This document shows positions 26,908 to 37,451 of a stretch of DNA of 57,949 bases, one piece after another (the first letter of the stretch is position 1; every line of letters starts with the position of its first letter). The DNA comes from a virus. Its lineage: Duplodnaviria; Caudoviricetes. The DNA lies in the IMG/VR virus record IMGVR_UViG_3300043580_000084, positions 1 through 57,949 of that record; one strand, written 5' to 3'. The notes under the pieces are model-generated. The model was not told the DNA's origin. It searched no databases and saw nothing but the letters and a program-made list of their open reading frames with translations. The translations under genes were made by a program, and so were the position numbers.

Positions 26908-27768
26908 ATGGCAACCGTTGACGTGTTCGTCGGGAACCTGGATCCCTCCCTTCCGTGCTCCCTGACGGTGGACACGGGATGCTGCCCCGAGTGGGACAGC
27001 TACGACACTGAACTCCAGACCGCTGCCGCCGAGTACGGGGCGCTGCTTGTCTGGGCCAGCACTGGGCGCCGCTTCGGTCTCTGCTCCAAGACGGTGCGCC
27101 CCTGCCGCCGGGACTGTGAAGACTGCTGGGGCGGTGGCTGGTTCTGGGCCGAGGGCACCTGGATGCCGTACATCTTCAACGGCGTCTGGCGTAACTGCTT
27201 CTGCGGTACCGGGGACGGCTGCTCCAGCTGCAAGGCCTCCTGCCAGTTGTGGTTGGAGCCCCCGGTCAACAGCATCGTTAACGTGTACTTCTCCGGGTCC
27301 GGGATTATTGCCCCGTCTACCTATCGGGTAGATGACTACCAGTGGCTGGTGCGGCAGGGTCCAGCAGTCTCTGGCAGTGGGGCCACGGACTGCTGGCCCA
27401 TCATGAACAACTTCAATATGCCGGCCTCGGGTGCGGGGGAGCCGTTCGACAACTCGGCCTGGCAGGTCACCTACTTGCAGGGAATTCCCATGCCAGGGGT
27501 GCTGTCCCGGGCCGCGGGGGAGCTGGCCTGTGAGTACGCCAAGTTCTGTCTGGGCCAGGTCTGCCGACTGCCACAGCGGGCCACCTCCTTGTCCCGGCAG
27601 GGTGTCACTGTCTCCCTGGTGAACGTGGATCAGTTGCTGGAAGACGGGCTCACCGGCATTGTCACGGTCGACAATGTCATCCGGGCTTTCAATCCGTACC
27701 GGCTGACGTCCCGAATGAAGATCGCCACCCCGGACTACAATCCGATCCGGAAGACGACCTGGCCGTGA
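26908..27768 (+). CDS. head-to-tail adaptor (Cys-rich)
   Basis: TGRRFG..TVRPC, AAGELACE, SRQGV; synteny. Confidence 0.75.
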   Translation: MATVDVFVGNLDPSLPCSLTVDTGCCPEWDSYDTELQTAAAEYGALLVWASTGRRFGLCSKTVRPCRRDCEDCWGGGWFWAEGTWMPYIFNGVWRNCFCGTGDGCSSCKASCQLWLEPPVNSIVNVYFSGSGIIAPSTYRVDDYQWLVRQGPAVSGSGATDCWPIMNNFNMPASGAGEPFDNSAWQVTYLQGIPMPGVLSRAAGELACEYAKFCLGQVCRLPQRATSLSRQGVTVSLVNVDQLLEDGLTGIVTVDNVIRAFNPYRLTSRMKIATPDYNPIRKTTWP

Positions 27769-28346
27769 CCTCCCCCATTTTGCCGGACATCATCGCCCTG
27801 GATCCGGTCTATGTCGTAGCGGCCAAGGCGCTGGAATGCCTCCAGGCCAGTTTCCCGGTGTCCGGGTACGCGCCGGGGCAGTTCTGCTTCCGGGTCGGCA
27901 CCAACGTCACCTACGACATCGACCAGTTCCAGGACCTGTGCTGCGACGGCCTGGGTTACGTGATGCTAGGGGAGACCACGGTCAGTTCTGCCTCGTTCCC
28001 CGAGCAGGACATCGTGCGGCAGGCCAACAGTGTCTGTGCCCCGGCCGCCTGGGCGCAGAGCCTCACCGTGGGCATCATCCGCTGTATCCCCACCGTCATG
28101 GACGATGAGGGATCTATGCCCACCTGTGCCGACTGGACGCTGGCGTTCTACCAGAACGTCGCCGACGTCCTGGCCCTACGGGAAGCGGCCTGCTGTCTAC
28201 GGTCCTGGTTCGTGAACCAGACCGGGCTCCTGGAAGGCATGTCCATTGTCATGCAGCCCCAGTCCCAGGGGGCGCCACAGGGTGGCTGCGTGGAACGCAG
28301 CATGACCGTCACCTTCCAGATGCCACTCTGTGAACCCTGCGCATGA
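27765..28346 (+). CDS. tail terminator/completion protein
   Basis: Synteny; VGIIRC, PQGGC. Confidence 0.6.
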   Translation: MTSPILPDIIALDPVYVVAAKALECLQASFPVSGYAPGQFCFRVGTNVTYDIDQFQDLCCDGLGYVMLGETTVSSASFPEQDIVRQANSVCAPAAWAQSLTVGIIRCIPTVMDDEGSMPTCADWTLAFYQNVADVLALREAACCLRSWFVNQTGLLEGMSIVMQPQSQGAPQGGCVERSMTVTFQMPLCEPCA

Positions 28347-28540
28347 GACAGGTCCTCGTCCGGGCGCTGAAGAACTTCGACGGGCACGAGGTTGGCCAGG
28401 AATCGTGGGTGGAACTCACTGAACGTACCGCACACTTGATCGTGGGTAACTACCTTCAGTTGCTGTGGGATCCGACCTGGGAGCAGGGCTATGGCGCGAG
28501 TGGTTATGTACCAGCTGGTCCTGAAGGAGACCTCGATTGA
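28343..28540 (+). CDS. hypothetical protein
   Basis: ATGA overlap with the upstream gene. Confidence 0.55.
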   Translation: MRQVLVRALKNFDGHEVGQESWVELTERTAHLIVGNYLQLLWDPTWEQGYGASGYVPAGPEGDLD

Positions 28541-28985
28541 GGAGGCCTTGCGCCTCACTGACAAGCTCCTTGATGCAACCGTGAATGCCGCCAAGGCGCT
28601 GACCGCCCCAGGGACGGGGCTCTACACCACGGGACACCTGTCCAGCACCATCGAAAAGGAAGGGCCCCACGTATCTGGGCGCCTGGTCAGTGGATCCGTC
28701 GTGGCCCGCGCGTCCTACTCTGCTATCGCCCATGACGGGGCTGGGGTACACAACATCTTCCCGAAGGATGCCCCGCACCTATGGCGGTTCGGGTCACGTC
28801 GCAAGCCTCAGTTGAAGTTCTTCTGGCGCCGGGCCGGGCGCACGGTTTACGCCCCCCACATCCCTATGTCTCCCAGCTTCCTGGGCATCTCTCACCCCGG
28901 CTACAAGGGCAAGAAGTATCTCTCCACCCCTCTCCGGACACTTTCCCGAATCTTCGGCTTCAGGTACATCGCCACCGAGCTGTAG
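28491..28985 (+). CDS. HK97 gp10-like neck/tail completion protein
   Basis: TGHLSSTI, YSAIAHDG, HPGYKGKKYL. Confidence 0.7.
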   Translation: MARVVMYQLVLKETSIEEALRLTDKLLDATVNAAKALTAPGTGLYTTGHLSSTIEKEGPHVSGRLVSGSVVARASYSAIAHDGAGVHNIFPKDAPHLWRFGSRRKPQLKFFWRRAGRTVYAPHIPMSPSFLGISHPGYKGKKYLSTPLRTLSRIFGFRYIATEL

Positions 28986-28995
28986 TGTGCCGAGC

Positions 28996-29340
28996 ATGGT
29001 TAATGCAGACACAGGTCGGGAGACTCAGATCGTCCCCGTGTGTGGACGAAACATCGTGGTCAAGAAGCTGACGGACATTCAGATGTCCTTGCTTCTGCGT
29101 GGAAGTCGCATCCTCTCCTCCTCGGACGTTGCCCAGGAGAAGAAGATGGAGATGATGGAGATGATGTTCACCATCCTCGACAGCGTCGTGGTTCAGGACG
29201 CCGACAAGAAGTGGGTCCTGGAGCAGCAAATCAAGGGCGACCTGGAACTCAAGGACATGACCAGCTGGGTCACCGTCTTCAAGGACGAGGACGAGGATGA
29301 GAAGAAGCCCGCAGTCCGGCGGGGCCGCGCCAGGGCCTAG
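28996..29340 (+). CDS. tail assembly chaperone
   Basis: Synteny before tape measure. Confidence 0.6.
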   Translation: MVNADTGRETQIVPVCGRNIVVKKLTDIQMSLLLRGSRILSSSDVAQEKKMEMMEMMFTILDSVVVQDADKKWVLEQQIKGDLELKDMTSWVTVFKDEDEDEKKPAVRRGRARA

Positions 29341-29887
29341 TTCCCAGGTTGTTGTCCCCAACTACAACGTCGACCCTGTCTGGTCTCTTCAGCCGTGGCC
29401 GGTGGAGCTGGAGTTAGCTGGCCAGACCTGGGAATTCCCTGCTGTTGCCGCGGTGTCCTGGCTGGCGATCCTCATGGAAGAGCAACTGGACCTGGATCGG
29501 CTGCTTCTCGACCTGTGCCCCCGGGGCATGGAGCTGTTGTTCAACGACACGATCGAGCCAGAAGTCCTCTACCGGGGGGTAGTGGACGTGATCGAAACGG
29601 TCGGGGCTCGTCGGTGGTGGATCAGTCTGCGTCTCGTTGCGGCCATCAGGCAGAACTGGCACATCATGGGGCCAGAGATGATCATGTCCGGCGTTGACCC
29701 CACAGTCCTGTCCCTGGCCGCCTGGCTGGACGCCATGTTCCTCATCCTCATCCGGGCCATGGAGTCGAAAGACGTCAGCATGTTCATCAGTCGACTAGAA
29801 CTTCCACCCCCCTCCGAGATGGCCTCGGAACAGGACCGGGTCGAAGAGATGGAGATGTCCGTGGAGCAGTTCCTCTCCATGCGATGA
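29297..29887 (+). CDS. second tail assembly chaperone
   Basis: Directly before tape measure; GVDP..LSLAAWLD. Confidence 0.6.
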   Translation: MRRSPQSGGAAPGPSSQVVVPNYNVDPVWSLQPWPVELELAGQTWEFPAVAAVSWLAILMEEQLDLDRLLLDLCPRGMELLFNDTIEPEVLYRGVVDVIETVGARRWWISLRLVAAIRQNWHIMGPEMIMSGVDPTVLSLAAWLDAMFLILIRAMESKDVSMFISRLELPPPSEMASEQDRVEEMEMSVEQFLSMR

Positions 29888-29958
29888 TCCCCTTAGAATG
29901 AGGGTGTGGCGCCCGGCGCAATGGCCCACTCCGAGAAGCTGTGAGGGGTGGTGTCACT

Positions 29959-32019
29959 GTGGCCAAGCGCGAGGGTGAAGCGTTCATTGAGGTACACGCT
30001 GACACCACTCCCTTCCCCGGCGAAGCCGAGCGAGGAATCAGGGCTGGCTCCGAGCGGGTCGAGGGGGATCTCAAGGAGACCGGCGACAAGTGGGGCGACA
30101 CGCTCACTGACGCCATGGGCGACCGGATCGAAAAGGAAGGGCCCAAGCTCGCCCGGTCAGTAGAGCGCGGAATCGGGCGGCAGAAGGTCAAGGTACCCGT
30201 TGACACGGTGTACGACCGGGATCGGAACTCTGTCCGCAAGATCGGTTCCAAGATCGTCAACGACATCGAAGAAGCTGTGCGGGAAGCCGGCAGTGGCGGT
30301 GGCAGCGGCGGTGGTTTCGGCAAGATCGGGCAGGCGTTCTCTGACGCCATCGGTGCTGGCTTCAACGTGTCGGGCAAGTCCCCTCTGATCGCCTTCATCG
30401 TGCCTCTGGTCGGTGCAATCATCGGCCTGGTTGGCGCCGCTATCCAGGCTCTGAACGCGCTCGCTGCCGTGGCTATCACCCTGCCCGGAATCCTGGCAGC
30501 TGTCGGCATCCAGGTCGGCGTCCTCATGCTCGCCTTTCAGGGCGTGGGCACAGCGGTACAGGGCGCCTTTGCGGCCAATAATGCCAAGGAGCTGAAGGAA
30601 GCCCTCAAGGACCTGCAGCCTGCCGCTCGGGCGTTTGTGAAGGAACTCCTGCCGCTTAAAGACTTCTTCTTCCAGCTGAAGGGTCAGGTCCAGCAGGGGT
30701 TCTTCGCGGAACTTCAGGGTGTCTTCACCAGCATCTACCGCAACCTGGGGCCCTCGATCTTCGACGGCTTCATCAAGGTAGCCAAGGCTCTGGGCGCCTT
30801 CCTGGCTGACCTGGGCAACTTCCTGGCCTCCGGGGGCAGCTTCAAGAAGTTCCTCGACGAGATCTTCCCGCGCACGGTGACCTTCCTGGAGCAGTTCGGC
30901 CCCTCGTTCATCGCCTTCCTGGATGGCCTGCTGAACATGGTCAACGCGGCGATGCCGTTCCTGACCAAGGTCGGCGACATCGTCTCCATGATCTTCAAGC
31001 AGGTTGGCGACGCGTTCAACGAGGTCGCCGACGACCCGGACTTCATTGACTGGTTGAACAGCATGGAAGACACTCTCATGTCTGTCATCCAGCTGTTCCG
31101 GGCCGCGGGCATCTTCATTGGGGCCCTATTCACCGCCGTGGACAAGGCCGGCGGCCAGGACCTGATAGACAAGTTCTCCGAGGCTCTGATCATGCTGGCC
31201 GTCTTCCTGACTTCCGACACTGGAGTCAAGGGGATCGCCGCCCTGTTCGACCTGGCGATCCTTTCCATCCAGACCATCACTGCCTTCATCATCGTTGTCG
31301 TCTTCGCCCTGGCTGCTATTCGCGAGTTCTTCCTCTTCGTGGTGGATGTCGTTGGACCAGCCATCGGCGAGTTCTTCTCCTCGATAGGCCCCGCCATCGG
31401 TGACTTCTTCAACTGGGTCGGTGGCAAGATCCTGGCCTTCTGGGAGTTCCTGAAGTGGATCTTCGTTGGTGGCGGCATCAACGAAGTCATGACCAGCATC
31501 CAGAGCAAGTTCGGCGCGATCGCCTCGTTCCTGAGTGGCATCGTCGCCAGCATCAAGAACTGGTTTGCGAGTATCCCGGACCGGATCAAAGAGGTCTTCT
31601 CCAATGCCGTCAGCTTCCTGTACAACGCTGGTCGGAACATCGTCCAGGGCCTCATCAACGGCGTGAAAGACATGCTCGGGAGCCTACGAAACGCTCTGGG
31701 CAACGTCGGCGGAATCATCAGCGGCTTCTTCCCCCACTCACCAGCCGAGGAGGGGCCCCTGTCGGGCAAGGGAGACCCCCGCTACGCGGGCCAGCAGATC
31801 GTGGGCCGAGTTGCCATGGGCATGGAAGAGGCAACGCCCCGGCTGCGGGACGCCTCCGCCAACGCCACCCAGAACATCGTCTTCGGGCCTAACTCGATCT
31901 CCATGCGCATCAACGGGCCAATGGATCGCGACCAGGCCCGTACCGCTGGGGCTGGTGTGGCTGAGGGCATCTGGACCAACCTGAATCGCAACACTCAGCT
32001 AGCTATCAGGGCGATGTGA
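29959..32019 (+). CDS. tape measure protein
   Basis: GEAFIEV start; amphipathic helical repeats; GRNIVQGLING..PHSPAEEGPL. Confidence 0.9.
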   Translation: MAKREGEAFIEVHADTTPFPGEAERGIRAGSERVEGDLKETGDKWGDTLTDAMGDRIEKEGPKLARSVERGIGRQKVKVPVDTVYDRDRNSVRKIGSKIVNDIEEAVREAGSGGGSGGGFGKIGQAFSDAIGAGFNVSGKSPLIAFIVPLVGAIIGLVGAAIQALNALAAVAITLPGILAAVGIQVGVLMLAFQGVGTAVQGAFAANNAKELKEALKDLQPAARAFVKELLPLKDFFFQLKGQVQQGFFAELQGVFTSIYRNLGPSIFDGFIKVAKALGAFLADLGNFLASGGSFKKFLDEIFPRTVTFLEQFGPSFIAFLDGLLNMVNAAMPFLTKVGDIVSMIFKQVGDAFNEVADDPDFIDWLNSMEDTLMSVIQLFRAAGIFIGALFTAVDKAGGQDLIDKFSEALIMLAVFLTSDTGVKGIAALFDLAILSIQTITAFIIVVVFALAAIREFFLFVVDVVGPAIGEFFSSIGPAIGDFFNWVGGKILAFWEFLKWIFVGGGINEVMTSIQSKFGAIASFLSGIVASIKNWFASIPDRIKEVFSNAVSFLYNAGRNIVQGLINGVKDMLGSLRNALGNVGGIISGFFPHSPAEEGPLSGKGDPRYAGQQIVGRVAMGMEEATPRLRDASANATQNIVFGPNSISMRINGPMDRDQARTAGAGVAEGIWTNLNRNTQLAIRAM

Positions 32020-32028
32020 GGGACATAG

Positions 32029-34626
32029 ATGGGTAACTACAACCCGAACACGCCCATCATCCTGGGCGAGGAATGGGTCCCGATCAGGGACGAGAAGTTG
32101 GAGCTGTCGCCGGCTACCAACTTCATCGAGGCCGGACATGGGTTCACCCTGGCTACATCTCGGGTGCTGCAAGACGGTCGCTACTACACCGATAGGCCCA
32201 CTGACATTCCTCCCATGAGTGACCTGGGTCAGCACATGGGCATCGCCGTGTATCAGCGGGGCAAGGAGAACGAATCGGGGCCTATCAAATCGGTAGTGAT
32301 TCCGGTGAGTTCTGCCATTTGCACTGGCGGAAACCCCAGCGGTGACGTGACCGGTCGCCTGGTTGTGCCGTCCCAGTACCAGGGAGGCGTCTCTTTCACT
32401 ACCGACGCCATCAACACCCATGGCATCCGAATGCAGTTCAATACGTCCCGCTACCCCCAGTTGAATGGCAAGCGAATCCTGGGAGTTAACTTCCTCTATT
32501 CGGTGGATGGTAGCGACAACCTGGTAGGCCCTGGCGCTGGCATTGGTGGCGGAACTGTCGTTGCCATGACCACGGAGTTCAGCCAGAGCCTGGTCAGCAA
32601 CTACGTGTTCTACGAGCGCCTACGGTCCAACGCTGACGATTCCATTACCCGGGCTTCGCTGGGGGAGATCAACCCCTTCTGGACGGCCAACAGTCCCGTC
32701 ACCACTGGTGACCGGATGCATTGGACCTGGGACCAGCTCAAGCGCCTGGACATCGGAGGCACGGCGCCACTCCTCTTCATCACCATTGCCCTTGGCGCCA
32801 GCTATGGGGCCCCCGCCGGGGCGAGCCTGTTCTTCTACTACGCCGCCTTGGAAATCTTCTACTGCGAGGAGCAGCGGCTAGCCTTCGGCGCTATTTGCCT
32901 GGGTGGCTCCAACTCCTTGCAGCGCAAGAGCCAGGTAGGCGCCAACATCATTCCGATGCGGACTATGGCGTACGCCTCCAACCCAGTCCTGGCCGCCGGT
33001 GACTACAGCGTCGTTCTCACGTCCCCCTTCGTGGGCGGAAGCGAGTGGGGCTTCACTAGCAGCTCGGACTATCCACTGCTCAATGCAGAACGACAGCTGT
33101 ACCCGATCTCCAGCCACCCTGGGGTTCAGGTCAACATCCCGTTCCCCATGGACGACACGGCCATAGACCAGACGTTGACAAGCGAGACGATCCAGGTTCT
33201 GCCCCAGATCTCCCTGCATGCCTCGGGTGGCACCCTGACAGAGCCCCATGCCTACGGGCGCCAGGCGGTGGCCCAGGTGTACGGCACCGTCACCGCCACT
33301 CAGGAGATCCTGGACTCGGTCATCGGTACCAACCGTCCCTTCCCCTGGGTGCGCTGGTACGCCCGCCGCTTCGGCGACACCACAGTGTCCCTGCGCCTGG
33401 ACTCCACCAGCCCCACCGTGTCCGGGAGTGGCATCGCGGTCACCCTCACCCCGGCCGAGTGGGACGCACTGCCGGAGATCCTGGATGGCTGGAAAGAGGT
33501 TACGAAGCGGTTCCCCACCGCGACCCCTCCCAGCATGGGCCTGGGTCTCACTCCCACCTGGCGCTGGTCTGCCGCGGGGGAGACGGCCGGCAACCGGTGG
33601 GAAGTGCTGGGCGCCGTTGCTCCGGCGCTGTCTGGTATCGCTGGCAACCTCTACAACCTCGTGGTCCCCAGCACGCAGCGACTGGAGACGGCGACCTACG
33701 GTGCCCCGACAGTCGGCTCCACGGTCAACCTGGGCTGGATCACGGGCTACGCGCCACCGGTCACGGCCACCACGGACGATCCGTCTTCAGACGGCGTCCT
33801 CATCTTCAGCCAGGACATGCCCCCGGTGTCCGGGTTCACCCTGTCCCAGTTGACCCAGGCGGTCACTGGTATCGGTCAGAACTGCGGGATCAACCCGTGC
33901 TGCATTCCGAGCGGGATCTTCTACAACCGACTCACCTGGACCCTGGGCTCGGTCGGCTCCAGCTCCTCCTGGTTCTACGAGTTGCAGCGCATGGACACCA
34001 TCGATACGAGCTGGCAGACCATCATGATGGCTGGGCCCACCGTGTCCGGGTTCAACGACTACGAGACCCGACCAGGCATCTTGACCTCGTACCGGATACG
34101 CGAGATCAATTCCTACGGGTTCTATGGGGACTGGTCGTCCACTCAGACCATCACCATGACCTCGCCCGGAATCACAGGTGGCTGCACCACGGGTGGCCAT
34201 GTCCTCATCTTCACCACCAATGAGATCCAGAACGGCTCCAGCAACCTGGCCTACTCGTCCGTATGGGACGACCGCGTAGAGGAGGGCTTCTCCTTTGCCG
34301 AGGCGGGATTCACCGTCCTCCAGGCCATGTACGACCGGGACTTCTTCGTTGCCTTCAAGCCACTGGAGCGGGGTGGGGAGCAGTTCACCCGGGATGTCCT
34401 GGTCCAGGCTGCCGCCATCTCACCCCCGACCCTGGGTGATTTCCGGTCCCTGCGGGACATGGCCTGGAATGACGTGTCCTACATCTGCGTGCGGGATGAG
34501 GAGGGTAACAAGTGGCTGGCCAACGTGAGTGTCCCCTCCGGCCGGGTCGTGAACCACCGTCGCATCTACCGAGCCCAGGTGCAGATCATTGAAGTCACCG
34601 CTACCTCAAGCCAGGTGGTGCTGTGA
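32029..34626 (+). CDS. minor tail protein
   Basis: After tape measure; beta-rich with FnIII-like segment. Confidence 0.75.
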   Translation: MGNYNPNTPIILGEEWVPIRDEKLELSPATNFIEAGHGFTLATSRVLQDGRYYTDRPTDIPPMSDLGQHMGIAVYQRGKENESGPIKSVVIPVSSAICTGGNPSGDVTGRLVVPSQYQGGVSFTTDAINTHGIRMQFNTSRYPQLNGKRILGVNFLYSVDGSDNLVGPGAGIGGGTVVAMTTEFSQSLVSNYVFYERLRSNADDSITRASLGEINPFWTANSPVTTGDRMHWTWDQLKRLDIGGTAPLLFITIALGASYGAPAGASLFFYYAALEIFYCEEQRLAFGAICLGGSNSLQRKSQVGANIIPMRTMAYASNPVLAAGDYSVVLTSPFVGGSEWGFTSSSDYPLLNAERQLYPISSHPGVQVNIPFPMDDTAIDQTLTSETIQVLPQISLHASGGTLTEPHAYGRQAVAQVYGTVTATQEILDSVIGTNRPFPWVRWYARRFGDTTVSLRLDSTSPTVSGSGIAVTLTPAEWDALPEILDGWKEVTKRFPTATPPSMGLGLTPTWRWSAAGETAGNRWEVLGAVAPALSGIAGNLYNLVVPSTQRLETATYGAPTVGSTVNLGWITGYAPPVTATTDDPSSDGVLIFSQDMPPVSGFTLSQLTQAVTGIGQNCGINPCCIPSGIFYNRLTWTLGSVGSSSSWFYELQRMDTIDTSWQTIMMAGPTVSGFNDYETRPGILTSYRIREINSYGFYGDWSSTQTITMTSPGITGGCTTGGHVLIFTTNEIQNGSSNLAYSSVWDDRVEEGFSFAEAGFTVLQAMYDRDFFVAFKPLERGGEQFTRDVLVQAAAISPPTLGDFRSLRDMAWNDVSYICVRDEEGNKWLANVSVPSGRVVNHRRIYRAQVQIIEVTATSSQVVL

Positions 34627-35711
34627 CCCAGTTTCTCAACCCCCCGTTCACCAGTGGGCCGCTACTCACCATCCCTCGGGATCCGAAGCTGGACCTGGTC
34701 CCGTGGGTAGGGCAGCGAGCGGCTAGTTTCCGGTTCGCTCGGTCCAATGGAGTAACCGGGGAGCAGTTGGGGGACATCACTCCGCTACGGAGTGGGTCGC
34801 TGTCCCATGACACGAGTCGCACCATCAAGCGTCAGTTGTCCATGAGCCTGGGCAAGGCGGACACGGCGATCATTGAACCCCTCACCGATCGCATCGAACT
34901 GTTCATGGTGATGTCAGACGGGACCGAGTATCCGTTGGGTCGGTACATGTTCACCGACGACAGGCGTCAGATCTTTACGTCAGGTGAGCTGGGAACCACA
35001 GTCCTCGCGGACGAGATGTTCCTGGTGGATCAGCAGATCCAGCAAGGGATCAATGCCGTCGACATCTCGGCCCAGTCCGTCATCTTGGACACGATGGAGA
35101 ACTTGCCGATCACTGTACAAATGGAGCCAAGCCCCTTTAATGCGACCCAGGCCTGGACTATCGGGACCGGCCGGGGTCAGCTCCTAGAGGCGCTGGCACT
35201 GGCTGGGGACTACTTCAGCCCCTGGTTCGATAACAACGGCACCATGCGCTTCATACGATCCTTTGCCGCCGCCGATTCTGTTCTGGACTTCGACTTTGAC
35301 TTCGGCGGGAAGGTGGTCCGAGGCTCCATCTCCGGCGCCTCCAATATCCTCACCGCCCCCAACCGGTTCATGGTTGTCTCCAACGCCGCCACTGAAACCG
35401 CAAACGCGGTAGTGGGTATCGCTGACGTGCCCCCCTCCGCGCCCTACTCGTTCTCCAACCGCGGCTTCTATATCACCGAGGTGCAGGACCTCCAGGTCCC
35501 CGACTCTCAGACCGCTGCCGCTGTCGCACAGAATCTGGCCAACCGTCAGACCGTGTTCCTGGAGACGGCCCTCAGTAGCGCTCCTGACCCTCGTCACGAC
35601 TCATACAACGTGATCCAGTGGCTCGGGGAGAAGTGGCTGGAGGTGGCCTGGACGATGAACCTGACTGCCGGCGGCGCCATGACCCACTCCCTGCGGAGGG
35701 CGTACTCATGA
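34623..35711 (+). CDS. minor tail/hub protein
   Basis: YPLGRY, WFDNNG, PNRFMVV, PDPRHD. Confidence 0.75.
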   Translation: MTQFLNPPFTSGPLLTIPRDPKLDLVPWVGQRAASFRFARSNGVTGEQLGDITPLRSGSLSHDTSRTIKRQLSMSLGKADTAIIEPLTDRIELFMVMSDGTEYPLGRYMFTDDRRQIFTSGELGTTVLADEMFLVDQQIQQGINAVDISAQSVILDTMENLPITVQMEPSPFNATQAWTIGTGRGQLLEALALAGDYFSPWFDNNGTMRFIRSFAAADSVLDFDFDFGGKVVRGSISGASNILTAPNRFMVVSNAATETANAVVGIADVPPSAPYSFSNRGFYITEVQDLQVPDSQTAAAVAQNLANRQTVFLETALSSAPDPRHDSYNVIQWLGEKWLEVAWTMNLTAGGAMTHSLRRAYS

Positions 35712-36382
35712 CCGACGAGCAGGAGCTTCCCCAGCTGCTGGCTACGCAGGCGGCAGCAGTGGTGGATCGGGCCAAGTCACTGGGCCTGACCTGGACCCTT
35801 CGTCCCGCCACTGTGTCGACCGTAGAGACCAGCAGCCTGTCCGCCACGGTCATCTACGACGGAGACGATGTCCCGGTCGGGTGCGTTTCCCTCATCGGCA
35901 CTGCCGTCCCCACTGACCGAGTGATGATGTTGCAGATCCCCCCGGGTGGGAACTATGTCATCGGTCGCCTGCCGGGGTCTCCGTTCACCCTGAAGACGAC
36001 AACGACGTTTCGGGGGGAGACCAACTCCCTTGCTGACGTCACTCTGACCACTTCTGCCCAGGCTGTTACGCCACTGACTTCACTGACCCTGAAGAGCGCG
36101 GGCGAATACATCATCACCGGCAACGCGGACATTGATTACTTCACTGCCGGCACCAACAACCTGGTGGCAGTGGCTCTACAGATTGACGGCGTCGGACTCA
36201 CCGAGCAGATCATCTTTCAGACCAATGCCAGCGGTAACCGCTACTCATTGGCTCATACGTGGCACGGCACCTTGACGGCAGGGACGCATACGTTCCAGAT
36301 GATTGGCATCAAGTCCCTGGCCACTGGCGGCATTGCCACACGGGCAGTAGGTACCAGCTTCGTCTATCAGATCTTCCAATAG
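35708..36382 (+). CDS. minor tail protein (OB-like N terminus, beta-sandwich C terminus)
   Basis: PATV..YDGD..DRVMML..YVIG; ATGA overlap. Confidence 0.65.
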   Translation: MTDEQELPQLLATQAAAVVDRAKSLGLTWTLRPATVSTVETSSLSATVIYDGDDVPVGCVSLIGTAVPTDRVMMLQIPPGGNYVIGRLPGSPFTLKTTTTFRGETNSLADVTLTTSAQAVTPLTSLTLKSAGEYIITGNADIDYFTAGTNNLVAVALQIDGVGLTEQIIFQTNASGNRYSLAHTWHGTLTAGTHTFQMIGIKSLATGGIATRAVGTSFVYQIFQ

Positions 36383-36392
36383 GAGCGGGCCA

Positions 36393-37451
36393 TTGAAGGT
36401 CTACGTCTTCCCTGCTGACAATCAGGGCTGCGGGCATTACCGACTCATCTGGCCCGCCGACGCGTTACGGAAACAGGGGCATGATGTGGTCATCATGCCC
36501 CCGATGAAAGAGTCTGGGTTCGTCATCAAGGTGGAGGAGCAGGCGGATGGGACCGACCGGATCATAGACGTCCAGATCCCACCAGGCGCGGATGTCATTG
36601 TCATTCAGCGGGCCGCCCACCGACGCCAGCAGGAGCTGATCACCTTCCTACGGTCCCGGGGGGTAGCCGTAGTCGTGGACATGGACGACGACATGTCCTC
36701 GATCCATCCGGACAATGTCGCCTACCGGGCCTATCGACACAACAACGGGACCGAGTACTCCTGGAAGTGGGCGATCGAGTCCTGCAAGCTGGCCACCCTG
36801 GTCACCACCTCCACCACCCCGTTGCAACGGATCTACGCTCCCCATGGCCGGGGGATGGTGCTGGACAACTACGTCCCAGCGGTCACGCTCACCTATCCGA
36901 CCGAGGAGTCCGGGTGCTTCGGTTGGGCTGGGACCACCCTGTCCCACCCCAACGATCTCCAGGTGACCGGTGACGTGGTGCGACGGATGACAGCGGAGGG
37001 TCACCAGTTCCGGGTGGTGGGGGGCCCTTCGAAGGTGAAGCAGAACCTGAGGCTCACCGAGGACCCGATCTGTACCGGCACGGTAGGGCTGGAGAACTGG
37101 ATCAAGACTCTGGGGACAACCATGGATGTGGGCATGGTTCCCTTGGCTCCCACCGCTTTCAACACATCCAAGTCCCGACTCAAAGGCATCGAGTGCATGG
37201 CCGCCGGGGTTCCCTGGGTAGCCTCCCCCCGTGCGGAGTATCGTCGCTTGCACAAGGAGTCCGGGTGCGGCTTCCTGGCGGACACCCCGAAGCAGTGGTA
37301 CGCCCACCTCACTCGACTCCTGGCGGATAGTTGCCTGCGCAAGGAGCAGGCCGAGGCAGGGAGGGAGTACATGGCTACTCAGACATACGAGGCCAACGCG
37401 TGGCGGTGGCTGGAAGCGTGGACCAGGGCAGTGGAGATCCAGCGTGGCTAG
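36393..37451 (+). CDS. glycosyltransferase (GT-B-like)
   Basis: GCGHYRL, VDMDDD, GWAG..H..DL, PLAPTAFNTSKSRLK. Confidence 0.85.
   Translation: MKVYVFPADNQGCGHYRLIWPADALRKQGHDVVIMPPMKESGFVIKVEEQADGTDRIIDVQIPPGADVIVIQRAAHRRQQELITFLRSRGVAVVVDMDDDMSSIHPDNVAYRAYRHNNGTEYSWKWAIESCKLATLVTTSTTPLQRIYAPHGRGMVLDNYVPAVTLTYPTEESGCFGWAGTTLSHPNDLQVTGDVVRRMTAEGHQFRVVGGPSKVKQNLRLTEDPICTGTVGLENWIKTLGTTMDVGMVPLAPTAFNTSKSRLKGIECMAAGVPWVASPRAEYRRLHKESGCGFLADTPKQWYAHLTRLLADSCLRKEQAEAGREYMATQTYEANAWRWLEAWTRAVEIQRG

Noticed and set aside
9757-37451. Genome-wide amber recoding suggested by the CTA tRNA
   Set aside because: Core genes are intact in the standard code, and TAG stops checked (11196, 26860, 28985, 36382) are followed by another in-frame stop within a few codons.
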